In this document: positions 1 through 8,651 of the stretch, in pieces
Layout of the letters: each line of letters begins with the position of its first letter
Position numbering within the stretch: the first letter of the stretch is position 1
Virus record (IMG/VR): IMGVR_UViG_3300020034_000017
Location: 1-57,341 of that record
DNA length: 57,341 bases
Strand: one strand, 5' to 3'
Origin: a virus
Taxonomy: Duplodnaviria > Caudoviricetes
The notes under the pieces: model-generated
What the model was told of the DNA's origin: nothing
Database searches by the model: none
The model's input: the letters and a program-made list of their open reading frames with translations, nothing else
Position numbers and translations under genes: made by a program

Positions 1-30
1 CCCAAATATAGCTCCGGGGGAATTTTGGGG
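1..30. other. Left-end palindromic element (candidate cos/packaging-proximal site)
   Basis: CCCAAA...CCGGGGGAATTTTGGG; the core recurs at 25855-25878. Confidence 0.45.
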
Positions 31-99
31 CAAACAATTTGCCTTTTGATTGCCCTGGGAGAGTCCATCCAACAACCAACTTTGAAAGAGGTAAACCAA

Positions 100-309
100 A
101 TGGGTGATGTAACCATTCCGCATGAGGACAAGGTTGAGGGCGTCATTCGTGACGAGCTCGATGGTGGCGAAGGCGGTACGAACGTTGGCCTCCCCAATCT
201 TGCTATTGTTCAAGATGCCCCTATTGCGCAAGATCACAACGCTGTTGTTAATAAGGTCAATGCAATTCTCGCAGCGCTTCGTAAGTCGAACATCATTCCC
301 GACGCGTGA
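100..309 (+). CDS. Small virion protein, head-fiber-like C-terminal helix
   Basis: RBS GAAAGAGG then ATG at 100. C-terminus AVVNKVNAILAALRKSNII resembles phage head-fiber/trimerisation tails. Confidence 0.55.
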   Translation: MGDVTIPHEDKVEGVIRDELDGGEGGTNVGLPNLAIVQDAPIAQDHNAVVNKVNAILAALRKSNIIPDA

Positions 310-393
310 TCAGCGTTACTTAGTTCTCCACTAGCGATAGTGGATGAGCTGTCACTCAACCGAGTGGCACCGACAGATAGAAAGAGAGATGGT

Positions 394-747
394 ATGTACA
401 CGTTGAAGATCAAATGGATGCGTTACGAGCAGGTTGACTCAAGGGATCCGGATTACATCCCCGAAGCATCGCCTCAGTTCAAACTTGTCGACGAGTCCAC
501 GTTGTTCATTGCTGCAGATCAAGTAGTTGTCGGCAGCGAGATCAAGTCTGTGGATGAGATGAAGGCATGGGAGTCAGGTTCGTATCTAAACTACAGCATG
601 CCGTTCATGAGCGATGATCCAGTTCAGAAACTCATGAAGGGAACTCGTCTGGTCCAGGTGATCAAGGACAACAAAGACACTTGGTACCTCGTTTCCAACG
701 CTTGGCTTCTCGGCCCAGACGGTAAGACCATTGAGCGTTTGACCTAG
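394..747 (+). CDS. Hypothetical protein
   Basis: ORF with purine-rich RBS before ATG at 394. Confidence 0.65.
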   Translation: MYTLKIKWMRYEQVDSRDPDYIPEASPQFKLVDESTLFIAADQVVVGSEIKSVDEMKAWESGSYLNYSMPFMSDDPVQKLMKGTRLVQVIKDNKDTWYLVSNAWLLGPDGKTIERLT

Positions 748-852
748 GTGCTGTTGGCGGTCTGATTGGTAATGCGACAATCGGTAAGATCCTTTCTGCA
801 GAAGAGAGGGCACCGCCACATCACTACAACTCTCGACAAGGAGGTGAGAAAG

Positions 853-1218
853 TTGAAGTCAATGATCAGAGATGTGACTGCGTTTGGGGTTACCTATCAG
901 TGTCTCATGTTCTGCTGCCCTGGTTGTATTGAAGCCGGCAAGGCTAAGGGCGCAACTGAGTACCAAGGTCTGCACACGCTACCGGTCAACGTAACTGTTA
1001 AGATCGACAAGCCGTCCTGGACCTTTGACGGAAACACGGATTGTCCAACTCTCTCACCGTCCATCCTCACACAAGGTGGTTACGGTAGGTGCCATTCGTA
1101 TCTTGAGAACGGTGTCTTCAGATTCTTGGATGACTGCGACCACTCACTAGCTGGACAAACCAATGTGCCTATGCCGGATCTTCCCGACTGGGCAATCAAG
1201 GAGATCACCGATGGATGA
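853..1218 (+). CDS. DUF6527-like Cys/His metal-binding phage protein
   Basis: CPGC, H, WTFDGNxxxPTLSPSIL, CHS, DCDHSLAGQT pattern; RBS AAGGAGGTG before TTG. Confidence 0.65.
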   Translation: MKSMIRDVTAFGVTYQCLMFCCPGCIEAGKAKGATEYQGLHTLPVNVTVKIDKPSWTFDGNTDCPTLSPSILTQGGYGRCHSYLENGVFRFLDDCDHSLAGQTNVPMPDLPDWAIKEITDG

Positions 1219-1672
1219 CAATGAACAAGAGCACGACAAGTCCGTGATGATCGCGCTTCTGCCGACCAGTTCGGAGTGGTGTCACATCGAGCTTCCTCAC
1301 ATGACACTCGTGTTCTGTGGCAAGGTGACAGACCACGATGACAACCCGCTGGCCTTCAATGAGATGTGCAAGGATGCATGCACCATCGCGATGCTCGGTC
1401 GTCCGCCAACTCTCCAGGTCACGACCCGTGAGAAGTTTGGCAACTGGGGTGATGGAGAGGTCGATGTCTTCAGACTGCGCAACACCCCTGAGCTTCAGGC
1501 CATGCGCAACATTGTCGAGAAGTGGGACGCTAGTGAGTTCCCGTTCAACCCACACGTGACGATCGGTCCTGTTGGATCATCCGTCCCCGAACCACCCAGA
1601 TACATCACCTTCCGTCGTATCGGTGTGTTCTGGGGTCGCGACCAAGAGCTGACCTTCAACATGGGCCCATAG
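1211..1672 (+). CDS. 2H phosphoesterase (2'-5' RNA ligase/LigT/Acb1-like fold)
   Basis: Two HxT motifs, PHMTL and PHVTI, about 85 aa apart in a 153-aa protein. Confidence 0.8.
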   Translation: MDDNEQEHDKSVMIALLPTSSEWCHIELPHMTLVFCGKVTDHDDNPLAFNEMCKDACTIAMLGRPPTLQVTTREKFGNWGDGEVDVFRLRNTPELQAMRNIVEKWDASEFPFNPHVTIGPVGSSVPEPPRYITFRRIGVFWGRDQELTFNMGP

Positions 1673-1686
1673 TCTAAGGAGACACG

Positions 1687-2394
1687 ATGGCTGAAGTAAC
1701 TGTTTACGATGCCGAGCGAATGAAGGCAATCGAGGATGCCAGCATTGTCAACGGTGAGATCGATGGCGCCGGTCATCTCATCCTTGTTCGATTCGATGGT
1801 TCGGAGATCGACGCGGGGGTTGCTGTTCAGGATCTTAGTGCTCTTCCTGGCGGTGGATTGTTCAAGATTGCTGCTGTGGATCTTGCCTCGCCAGCGGCCA
1901 CGATAGATATCCAGAACATTCCGCAGACGTACGAATCTCTTCGGCTTGTCGCTCATTTGAGAACAAATTTCAATCCTGGAGTCACTTATGAAAAAACATA
2001 TCTGTCGTTCAACAACGACACAGACAGTACACATTATGCCTATAGAGCACTTGAGAATTACGCGGCCACAGATGCCGCGGTTGGTAGTGGTGGAAGTCGG
2101 AATGGAATTCTAGTTGCTGGACTAGCAGCAGGGGCTGATATATTCGCTAATCCAATTATCGACATTCCGTTCTATAGGAAAGCGCACGCAAAGTCCTGGC
2201 ATGCACAGAATGGTCGGTTCGAGTATCCCCTTCCAAGTGGGAATCTTGCCGATGCGATTGTTCGTCCCGTTTTTGGTATGTGGAATGGTCTTGCAGCAAT
2301 CAATCGTATTACGATTTCAACATTTAATGGTGGTAGCAGTTTTGTTGTTGGCAGTTCGCTAAGTCTTTATGGCATCAAGAGCGGTACACCGTAA
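1687..2394 (+). CDS. Putative minor tail/tail-fiber protein
   Basis: N-terminus ERMKAIEDASIVNGEIDGAGHLIL..DGSEIDAG resembles actinophage tail-fiber N-termini; beta-rich C-terminus. Confidence 0.6.
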   Translation: MAEVTVYDAERMKAIEDASIVNGEIDGAGHLILVRFDGSEIDAGVAVQDLSALPGGGLFKIAAVDLASPAATIDIQNIPQTYESLRLVAHLRTNFNPGVTYEKTYLSFNNDTDSTHYAYRALENYAATDAAVGSGGSRNGILVAGLAAGADIFANPIIDIPFYRKAHAKSWHAQNGRFEYPLPSGNLADAIVRPVFGMWNGLAAINRITISTFNGGSSFVVGSSLSLYGIKSGTP

Positions 2395-2413
2395 ACCTAA
2401 GAAAGGAGGAGCC

Positions 2414-2545
2414 ATGCACGGTGATGGTGGAAACATTTTGGAGATCGGACAAGTTCAGTCGACCGCGGAAAGGCTTGTGGTCGGTTCACAGCAGCGAATC
2501 GAAGTTGAAGCTCGTACAGCACGAGTTATTCAGAATACTCTATAA
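2414..2545 (+). CDS. Small hypothetical protein (43 aa)
   Basis: Strong RBS GAAAGGAGGAG; fills the gap between genes. Confidence 0.6.
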   Translation: MHGDGGNILEIGQVQSTAERLVVGSQQRIEVEARTARVIQNTL

Positions 2546-2561
2546 ACACTAAGGAGAAATC

Positions 2562-3149
2562 GTGGCGACTGTAGATCGATGGAAAAACATAAAAGAAAAC
2601 TACATCACAAACGCTAGAGTAGTTGGTGGAGTTCTTAGCTTTAAACGATACGATCAAAGTGTTCTTACTTTCGATCCGACAGAAATGCAACCATCTACAA
2701 ATCCTGTCCAAGCTTCTCGTGTTTCTGGAAATATTGTGCTCGCCGTTTCGGCGATTTGGGCGGATGTTGATCCTGGTGGAACAGCTGCTGCTCGTCCGCT
2801 TGACATTGTGCTTCCAGAGATGGAAGTTGGCGACGGTTTTGACTTTAGACCATTCTTCTCCGTAGGAGCATCAGCTGGCGGGTTGCTTTGCAATCTAGCA
2901 GTGATCAAAGATGGTGACGTAGAACGTTTGTGTTTTGACGAGACGTATGGGTTGTTTCCTTGGGCGGTAGGAGGTGAAGCTTCTAAAGACATTAATGTTC
3001 GTACACCTCGTCTAACTGTGTTGGAAGGTGACCTCGAGGATGGAAGTCTTCGTCTTCGTCTCAAATACATTCAAGCAACGGCTACTCGAGACGTCAATGC
3101 GGTTTCTCTCATTCCGTTCTGGGTGGAGGGCAGAGGCCCTTTCCGCTGA
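2562..3149 (+). CDS. Putative virion structural protein; 0-frame product of a -1 frameshift locus
   Basis: RBS AAGGAG and GTG start; ends with slippery C CCT TTC one codon before TGA. Confidence 0.65.
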   Translation: MATVDRWKNIKENYITNARVVGGVLSFKRYDQSVLTFDPTEMQPSTNPVQASRVSGNIVLAVSAIWADVDPGGTAAARPLDIVLPEMEVGDGFDFRPFFSVGASAGGLLCNLAVIKDGDVERLCFDETYGLFPWAVGGEASKDINVRTPRLTVLEGDLEDGSLRLRLKYIQATATRDVNAVSLIPFWVEGRGPFR

Positions 3150-3179
3150 GGCCTGTCGTTGAATTAATCTTCGACGGGC
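3125..3179 (+). other. Programmed -1 ribosomal frameshift signal
   Basis: GGAGGG (3125-30), heptamer C-CCT-TTC (3137-43), 7-nt spacer, 8-bp stem GCCTGTCG/CGACGGGC (3151-3179). Confidence 0.7.
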
Positions 3180-3706
3180 AATCGTTTGTCCATTCTCCAC
3201 CATTGGAGAAAACGATTCCTCTTCTTGTCGCCGATCGTCTGCCTTATTCAGTGGGAATGCATGTTGTCGGGATCTCGAGCACTTCCTACACCACACGAAC
3301 CACTGATCAGCAAACCAGATCGTTTAGTAGATTTTCTGGTTGTCGTGAACCAATTCTAATAGACATCGGAGGGCAATCGGATCTCCTTGATGGTCTTACT
3401 GCTGAACAAATTCTTACAGCAATGGAATCATATCACAATGCAGCTAAAACGTCTGGCGCAGTTAGAACAATTGTTTCTACTATTCCACCAATGACAGAAG
3501 CGTGGGATTATACAACCCTAATGGAGACGCAACGTTTGGTGTTGAATGATCTTATTCTTGCTTCAGATGTTTGGGATGCTGTTGCAGATTTGGCGAGTCT
3601 TCCTGAATCAGAAGATCCTGATGACACGGATTACTTTGCTGACGGATTGCATCCAACGGGGGTTCTTGCGGCGTTGTTTGCCGATGAAATTGTGTCGCGT
3701 ATCTAA
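3143..3706 (+). CDS. SGNH/GDSL hydrolase domain, probably translated as a -1 frameshift extension of 2562..3149
   Basis: Block I LIFDGQS (3164-3184) lies in frame upstream of the first canonical start (3203); GGQSD and DGLHP catalytic blocks follow. Confidence 0.75.
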   Translation, partial: PLRPVVELIFDGQSFVHSPPLEKTIPLLVADRLPYSVGMHVVGISSTSYTTRTTDQQTRSFSRFSGCREPILIDIGGQSDLLDGLTAEQILTAMESYHNAAKTSGAVRTIVSTIPPMTEAWDYTTLMETQRLVLNDLILASDVWDAVADLASLPESEDPDDTDYFADGLHPTGVLAALFADEIVSRI

Positions 3707-3835
3707 TTTTGAAACGTAGAAAGAGGTGACACGGCAACATAACCGTTCTAACAGAAGAAAGAATGCTGGAGATTGAGACAGCATAGCAGTAAGAGATAAT
3801 CTAAGAGTTAGATTATCGCGGGCAGATAGGAAAAC

Positions 3836-4360
3836 ATGAGACCCAAAACTAGAACCGTCGTGATTATTATTTTGTTCTTGTTTCTACTTGTCCTTCTTAT
3901 TGGAGGAATAAGGGAGAACAAAGATAGCGATGAAACTAGTAGAGTCAACACTGATCAACTATCACAGCAATCGGTGGACAAGAAATTTTTGATGTTAACA
4001 TCAACTACAACGATTCCACCTACGACTACAACTACTACAACTACTACTCCTCCCCAACCACCAACCACGACGACAGCTCCTCCCACACCGGTGTCAGCAG
4101 CCGCGCAACCACCGAGGGACGGAGTTGATTGGTATGCAATTGCGATGTGCGAGTCGAGCTTAGGCACTGGCGCTCCGCAGTGGCATATCAACACAGGGAA
4201 TGGTTACTACGGTGGATTGCAGTTCAGTCATTCGACTTGGATTGCCTATGGTGGTGGACAGTACGCAGACAACGCGCATTTGACAAGCCCTGAGAATCAG
4301 ATCGCGATTGCGTCTGGTATGAGTTTGAGCCATTGGCCAACTTGCGGGAGGTACGGATAA
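3836..4360 (+). CDS. Resuscitation-promoting factor (Rpf)-type lytic transglycosylase with N-terminal TM and Thr/Pro linker
   Basis: WYAIAMCES..W.INTGNGYYGGLQF..STW..YGG..EnQIAIA..HWPTC matches the Rpf domain signature. Confidence 0.9.
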   Translation: MRPKTRTVVIIILFLFLLVLLIGGIRENKDSDETSRVNTDQLSQQSVDKKFLMLTSTTTIPPTTTTTTTTTPPQPPTTTTAPPTPVSAAAQPPRDGVDWYAIAMCESSLGTGAPQWHINTGNGYYGGLQFSHSTWIAYGGGQYADNAHLTSPENQIAIASGMSLSHWPTCGRYG

Positions 4361-4491
4361 TGAAAGCACATCTAGCAATCGCAACACTTAGCTTCTTTGC
4401 GGGGTTTGGGATTAGAGACGTAGTTGATCACGTTAAACTTGTTCTACGAAAGCGAGGCAATAATCGACATGTCTCTTCATGTGGACAATGA
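4360..4491 (+). CDS. Small hydrophobic protein (43 aa)
   Basis: TAATG coupling to the Rpf gene; N-terminal hydrophobic segment. Confidence 0.4.
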   Translation: MKAHLAIATLSFFAGFGIRDVVDHVKLVLRKRGNNRHVSSCGQ

Positions 4492-4672
4492 TAACCTTGG
4501 TTTCTGGTTAGCCATTATCATTACAGCACTTTGGGCCATCAGTTTCTTCGTTGATATTGTGGTCAAGTCCTACGAGGCAAATCCAAGTGTTCACGCGTTG
4601 ATGCTATTGGCGGCCGGCTATGGTTTTCGAGGAGCCCTTCCCGGAAGCAACAAAAACAAGGAGAATGAATGA
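4469..4672 (+). CDS. Two-TM membrane protein (holin-like)
   Basis: Two hydrophobic segments and a charged tail, upstream of the endolysin; start uncertain (4469 or 4481). Confidence 0.55.
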   Translation: MSLHVDNDNLGFWLAIIITALWAISFFVDIVVKSYEANPSVHALMLLAAGYGFRGALPGSNKNKENE

Positions 4673-5022
4673 TGGGTGATGACACCCAAACAGATGAGAA
4701 ACAAAAGAACTTCATTGGGTGGATGTGTGTCCTTCTTGCGGTCCTCATGGCTGGAAATTTCATTCGCTCTTTCTATGTCGAAGACGCAGCCGACAAAGCA
4801 ACATCTTCTGCTGAATCGGTGAGTAATGTGGCTGTGGAAGGCCGAGATGCATCCATTGATGTTCAAGCCACACTTCACGATATTCTGGATGAGCTGGAAA
4901 CTGCTAGTGAAACAAGTCAACCAGATTTGAACAATCAAGCCATCATTGATTCACTTCAAGCAATTGCACGAATTGAAGGGTATCTATGTAGTGGTCCATG
5001 TCCGGAAGTTCCAATCGAGTAA
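4669..5022 (+). CDS. Single-TM membrane protein (lysis-cassette associated)
   Basis: ATGA overlap; one TM followed by a helical acidic region. Confidence 0.6.
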   Translation: MMGDDTQTDEKQKNFIGWMCVLLAVLMAGNFIRSFYVEDAADKATSSAESVSNVAVEGRDASIDVQATLHDILDELETASETSQPDLNNQAIIDSLQAIARIEGYLCSGPCPEVPIE

Positions 5023-5033
5023 AGGAGAAACCA

Positions 5034-5171
5034 ATGGGAGACATTCCCACTGCAGAAGAGCAAGAGGGCAAGATTGTCGCAAGGAAGCGCCAGGAAGCAG
5101 AAGAGCGAGTCGCACGCCGGGAGAAGCTTGGACAGCAAGCTGTATCCGAGCCGGTTCTCAATCAGGACTAG
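5034..5171 (+). CDS. Small hypothetical protein (45 aa)
   Basis: RBS AAAGGAG; MGDIPTAEEQ... Confidence 0.6.
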   Translation: MGDIPTAEEQEGKIVARKRQEAEERVARREKLGQQAVSEPVLNQD

Positions 5172-5187
5172 TTAGAAGGAGAAAGCG

Positions 5188-5352
5188 ATGGGTGTTGAAG
5201 GCATCGACCATCTCAAAGGTGGAGACGACGAGCAGCCGAAGGAAGAGCTTGGTTCCATTGCTGATGGTGACCAGATTCCTGATTCCGAGGAGGAGATCAC
5301 TCAAACGGAGGAGCCAATCAATCCTGACGAGGCTGCAGAGGAGGAAGCATGA
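5188..5352 (+). CDS. Small acidic protein (54 aa)
   Basis: RBS GAAGGAG; ATGA overlap with the endolysin start. Confidence 0.6.
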   Translation: MGVEGIDHLKGGDDEQPKEELGSIADGDQIPDSEEEITQTEEPINPDEAAEEEA

Positions 5353-6071
5353 CACCCACCGCGCAACAGTTTCTGACTGCATTCCGGTCATATCTGGGTG
5401 TTGCTGAGTTTCCGTCAGGAAGTAATCGGACTCGAGTTGGTGTTGAGTTTGGTTGGAATGGTGTGGCTTGGTGTGCAATGACCGTCAGTGTATCCCTTCA
5501 GAAGGCTGGCTGGGGTCGTGAGTTCTGGTCCGCTTCAACTGATCAGTGGGAAGCACGTGCTCGCGCTGGTTACAAGGGGTCCAAGTGGATTTCCAGGACA
5601 GAGAAGCCGCGACCCGGCGATCTTCCTATTTGGGACTACGCTGGCGATGGAACAGCCAACCACATTTCCGCCATCGAGACAGTTCGACCCGACGGCATGT
5701 TTGTCACTCTTGGTGGCAACGAAAGTAATCGATGCCAACGCGCAGTTCGTAGTCGGTCGCATCTTCGTGGTTTTATTCGGCTTCCGTTCCGGACAGCAGT
5801 TGCTCAACCGAAGCCACCGCCCACAAACCAGTTCGGCAACTGGCCAAACACAACGAAGCAGACCATCAAGCAAGGTGCTCGTGGCCCTGTTGTTGGTTAT
5901 CTTCAGAGTGTGATCAATCGTAAGGCTGGTGGGGACATAATTGTTGACAATGACTTTGGTCCGAAGACTGAAGAGCGAGTCAAGGATGTTCAGCGCTTCT
6001 TCAAGCTAGCTGCTGATGGTGTTGTTGGTCCGAAGACCTGGGGCATCATCGATTACCTGGCCAAGAAGTAG
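5349..6071 (+). CDS. Endolysin: CHAP-type peptidase plus C-terminal peptidoglycan-binding domain
   Basis: AWCAMTVS (Cys), NHISAIE (His), GGNES; PG-binding repeat DFGPKTEERVKDVQRFFKLAADGVVGPKTW. Confidence 0.88.
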   Translation: MTPTAQQFLTAFRSYLGVAEFPSGSNRTRVGVEFGWNGVAWCAMTVSVSLQKAGWGREFWSASTDQWEARARAGYKGSKWISRTEKPRPGDLPIWDYAGDGTANHISAIETVRPDGMFVTLGGNESNRCQRAVRSRSHLRGFIRLPFRTAVAQPKPPPTNQFGNWPNTTKQTIKQGARGPVVGYLQSVINRKAGGDIIVDNDFGPKTEERVKDVQRFFKLAADGVVGPKTWGIIDYLAKK

Positions 6072-6103
6072 CCTTATTCTCTAACCGTTAGAAAGGAGGG
6101 AAA

Positions 6104-6445
6104 TTGGCTCCACGATCTGGCCGCAAAACTCGTCCTGCAATGACGCCAGAAGGTAGAGAGAACCAGTTGATTTCCCTTGCTTATGATCTAGCGGAAAAAC
6201 AACTCAGAGATGGAACAGCTTCCTCTCAAGTCACAACGCAGCTTCTGAAGTACGGAAGCCAGCGGGAAAGGCTTGAACGAGCGCAAATCGAGAACCAAAA
6301 CCTTCTCTTGAGTGCAAAGGTGGATCAACTTACTTCAGCTCAACGAGTTGAGGAACTCTACACAGAGGCCATGGCAGCTTTCCGAGAGTACAAAGGAGAG
6401 ATTGTCGAGGACGATTACAAGGATGGGTACTATGACGATCGCTAG
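6104..6445 (+). CDS. Conserved helical protein, possible terminase small subunit
   Basis: PEGRENQLISLAYDLAEKQLRDGTASSQV motif; position before HNH and terminase. Confidence 0.55.
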   Translation: MAPRSGRKTRPAMTPEGRENQLISLAYDLAEKQLRDGTASSQVTTQLLKYGSQRERLERAQIENQNLLLSAKVDQLTSAQRVEELYTEAMAAFREYKGEIVEDDYKDGYYDDR

Positions 6446-6845
6446 GTGTTATTCAGAGTTGAAAAGGCTTGATTCGTTCGATGAACGATACGAGTACTTG
6501 AAGCTCGAAGGTGGTGTCGGTCGTTCCACGTTTGGATTCGATCGACACATCAACCAAGCGTTCTATCGATCTCGTCAGTGGCGTGATGTACGCAACTTCG
6601 TGTTGTACAGAGATGATGGTTGTGATCTAGGCGTTCTGGGCCATGAAATTCATGTCAACCCTTTGATTCATCACATGAATCCTATGGGAATTGACGATAT
6701 TCTGCATGGAGACGAGTCCATCTTGGATCCGGAATTCCTGATCACAACCACTCATCACACCCACAACGCGATTCATTTTGGTGTAGAGAACAACGGTCCA
6801 AAGGTAGTCACAGAGAGGTCCCCAGGAGACACCAAACTTTGGTAA
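6432..6845 (+). CDS. HNH endonuclease (packaging-associated)
   Basis: WRDVRNFVLYRDDGCDLG...IHHMNP...LITTTHHTHNAIH. Confidence 0.8.
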   Translation: MTIARCYSELKRLDSFDERYEYLKLEGGVGRSTFGFDRHINQAFYRSRQWRDVRNFVLYRDDGCDLGVLGHEIHVNPLIHHMNPMGIDDILHGDESILDPEFLITTTHHTHNAIHFGVENNGPKVVTERSPGDTKLW

Positions 6846-6857
6846 GGAGGTGTATTA

Positions 6858-7223
6858 GTGGAAGAAAGCATTCTAAAGAGCATTCGAGCAATGCTTAACA
6901 TCGGCGCTGACGATGCGACTTTTGATGGTGAGATCATTCCACACATCAACGCGACATTTTCAACGTTGAGCCAGATTGGCGTCGGTAACGCGACACCCAT
7001 CACTAGTGATGAGCTGACGTGGTCAGATCTTGCTCTTCCGGATGAACAATTGAACCTCGTCAAGACTCTCATGCAGATGAAAGTGAAGCTTGGGTTTGAT
7101 CCTCCTGGCACCTCCTATCTCATCGACGTGATCAAAGAGATGATCAGGGAGCAAGAGTATCGACTTCAGACGTTCGCAGAGTGCACGGATACTTGGCCGA
7201 TCGAGGAGGTGATAACGCCATGA
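6858..7223 (+). CDS. Putative head-tail adaptor
   Basis: SILKSIRAML..FDGEIIPHIN..FDPP pattern, gp6-like size. Confidence 0.55.
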   Translation: MEESILKSIRAMLNIGADDATFDGEIIPHINATFSTLSQIGVGNATPITSDELTWSDLALPDEQLNLVKTLMQMKVKLGFDPPGTSYLIDVIKEMIREQEYRLQTFAECTDTWPIEEVITP

Positions 7224-8098
7224 GCGATCCAGTTCTTGAGCATCTAGAACACCATGGAATCAAAGGAATGAAGTGGGGTCAACGTAAAGACAAGAAGTGG
7301 CAAGCGAACATTTACAGCGTTCGTGGCGCTGTTGCTGTTCATAACGCCGTGGCTGAGAGAATGAACAACGGTGGTCTTGACAAACTGAACAACCAGCCGA
7401 AGTACAAGAATGCGACGAAGCTAATCGACCTCGATACTGGTCAGCCTGTTGGCGCACTCGGTAAGCAGTACATGCGCGACTACAACAAGATGGCTGAGCG
7501 GTTCTCTCACGAAGCCGTTGCCGAAGTGCACGGTACTAGTCCGTCGGGCGGCTTCAAGGCGACTATGGACACCTCGAATCCTAATCAGTGGAGCGTCAAG
7601 GTTGTAAAGACTGAGGCCGCGCATGCGGTACTGGCCAATGAAGACTTCATTTTCGAGGTGGATCACGACCGGCGCGGTATGATCACGTCGACCAAACTGA
7701 TCAAGGATGGCCTAAAGCAGGACAATCTGGAACATCACGGAGTCAAAGGAATGAAGTGGGGTGTCCGCCGAAAGGTTGGCTCAAATGGACGGGTCTCCTC
7801 TAAGAAACAACCAAGTGTTGATTTCAAAACAACGGCGCCTCTTCGTAAACGACCGCCTCACACGCTCAGTAACATGCAGCTCAAGAAGGTTACTGAGAGA
7901 ATGAATCTAGAGAAGAAGTTTTCCGACATGAATCCAAGCAGAGCGGCAAAAGGTAAAGAAGCTGTGAATAAAATGCTTCAACTTGGTACTGGTGCGGTCG
8001 GTGTTGGTGGTTTGGTTAAACTGGCTACTCATGAAAAGACACGTGAGTTGGGCAGGAAGGCTCTTACCATCGATTATACAAAAAAGTGGTCTGGATGA
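7220..8098 (+). CDS. Basic protein with two LEHHGxKGMKWG modules
   Basis: LEHHGIKGMKWGQRK near the N-terminus and LEHHGVKGMKWGVRR internally. Confidence 0.75.
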   Translation: MSDPVLEHLEHHGIKGMKWGQRKDKKWQANIYSVRGAVAVHNAVAERMNNGGLDKLNNQPKYKNATKLIDLDTGQPVGALGKQYMRDYNKMAERFSHEAVAEVHGTSPSGGFKATMDTSNPNQWSVKVVKTEAAHAVLANEDFIFEVDHDRRGMITSTKLIKDGLKQDNLEHHGVKGMKWGVRRKVGSNGRVSSKKQPSVDFKTTAPLRKRPPHTLSNMQLKKVTERMNLEKKFSDMNPSRAAKGKEAVNKMLQLGTGAVGVGGLVKLATHEKTRELGRKALTIDYTKKWSG

Positions 8099-8616
8099 TC
8101 ATCGACGAGAGCACCTACCTTGAGCACTATGGCCAGAAAGGCATGAAGTGGGGTGTTCGTAAGCAGAAACACCTAGTCAATAGGGCTAAAAGGGCTCAAA
8201 AAGCGGCCAACTTCAACAAAAGAATGGCCAAGGTGAACCCAAACGCCATAAACGACCAAGCTGCTAAAAGATCTCAGGTTAAAGCTGATAGGTTCAAGCG
8301 GCGTGCCCAAGGGAAAGAAACTGGCGCCGATAAAGCTATTCGAGCAGTACATGGAGCTGTTTACGTTAGTGCTGGTGCGCTTGTTGTTGCGTCAATAATG
8401 TCTAGTCATGGTAAGACACCGGTTAACCGGATTCCAAAGAAGCCTGTTTCTGGTGTAGAGGCGACTATTAGGCAAGCACATGCTGTAAAGCTTAGTTCTT
8501 TGACTAGGATGCATGCTGAAGGGAAGATGGATGCAGCTCAGTTCAAGAACTTCAGCGAAGCCCTTGCCGCTAGATACGACAGGAAAGTGGTTGACGCTTT
8601 GAAGGTGGTTCTGTAA
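8095..8616 (+). CDS. Basic protein with N-terminal LEHYGQKGMKWG module
   Basis: MIIDESTYLEHYGQKGMKWGVRK; ATGA overlap. Confidence 0.75.
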   Translation: MIIDESTYLEHYGQKGMKWGVRKQKHLVNRAKRAQKAANFNKRMAKVNPNAINDQAAKRSQVKADRFKRRAQGKETGADKAIRAVHGAVYVSAGALVVASIMSSHGKTPVNRIPKKPVSGVEATIRQAHAVKLSSLTRMHAEGKMDAAQFKNFSEALAARYDRKVVDALKVVL

Positions 8617-8651
8617 GAAGAGGCCAAGATAGTTGAGAGGAGGTTGTCAAA

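Noticed and set aside
4000-4085. ACT/ACA/CCA triplet runs as a microsatellite or contingency locus
   Set aside because: They encode the Thr/Pro linker of the Rpf protein with mixed codons.
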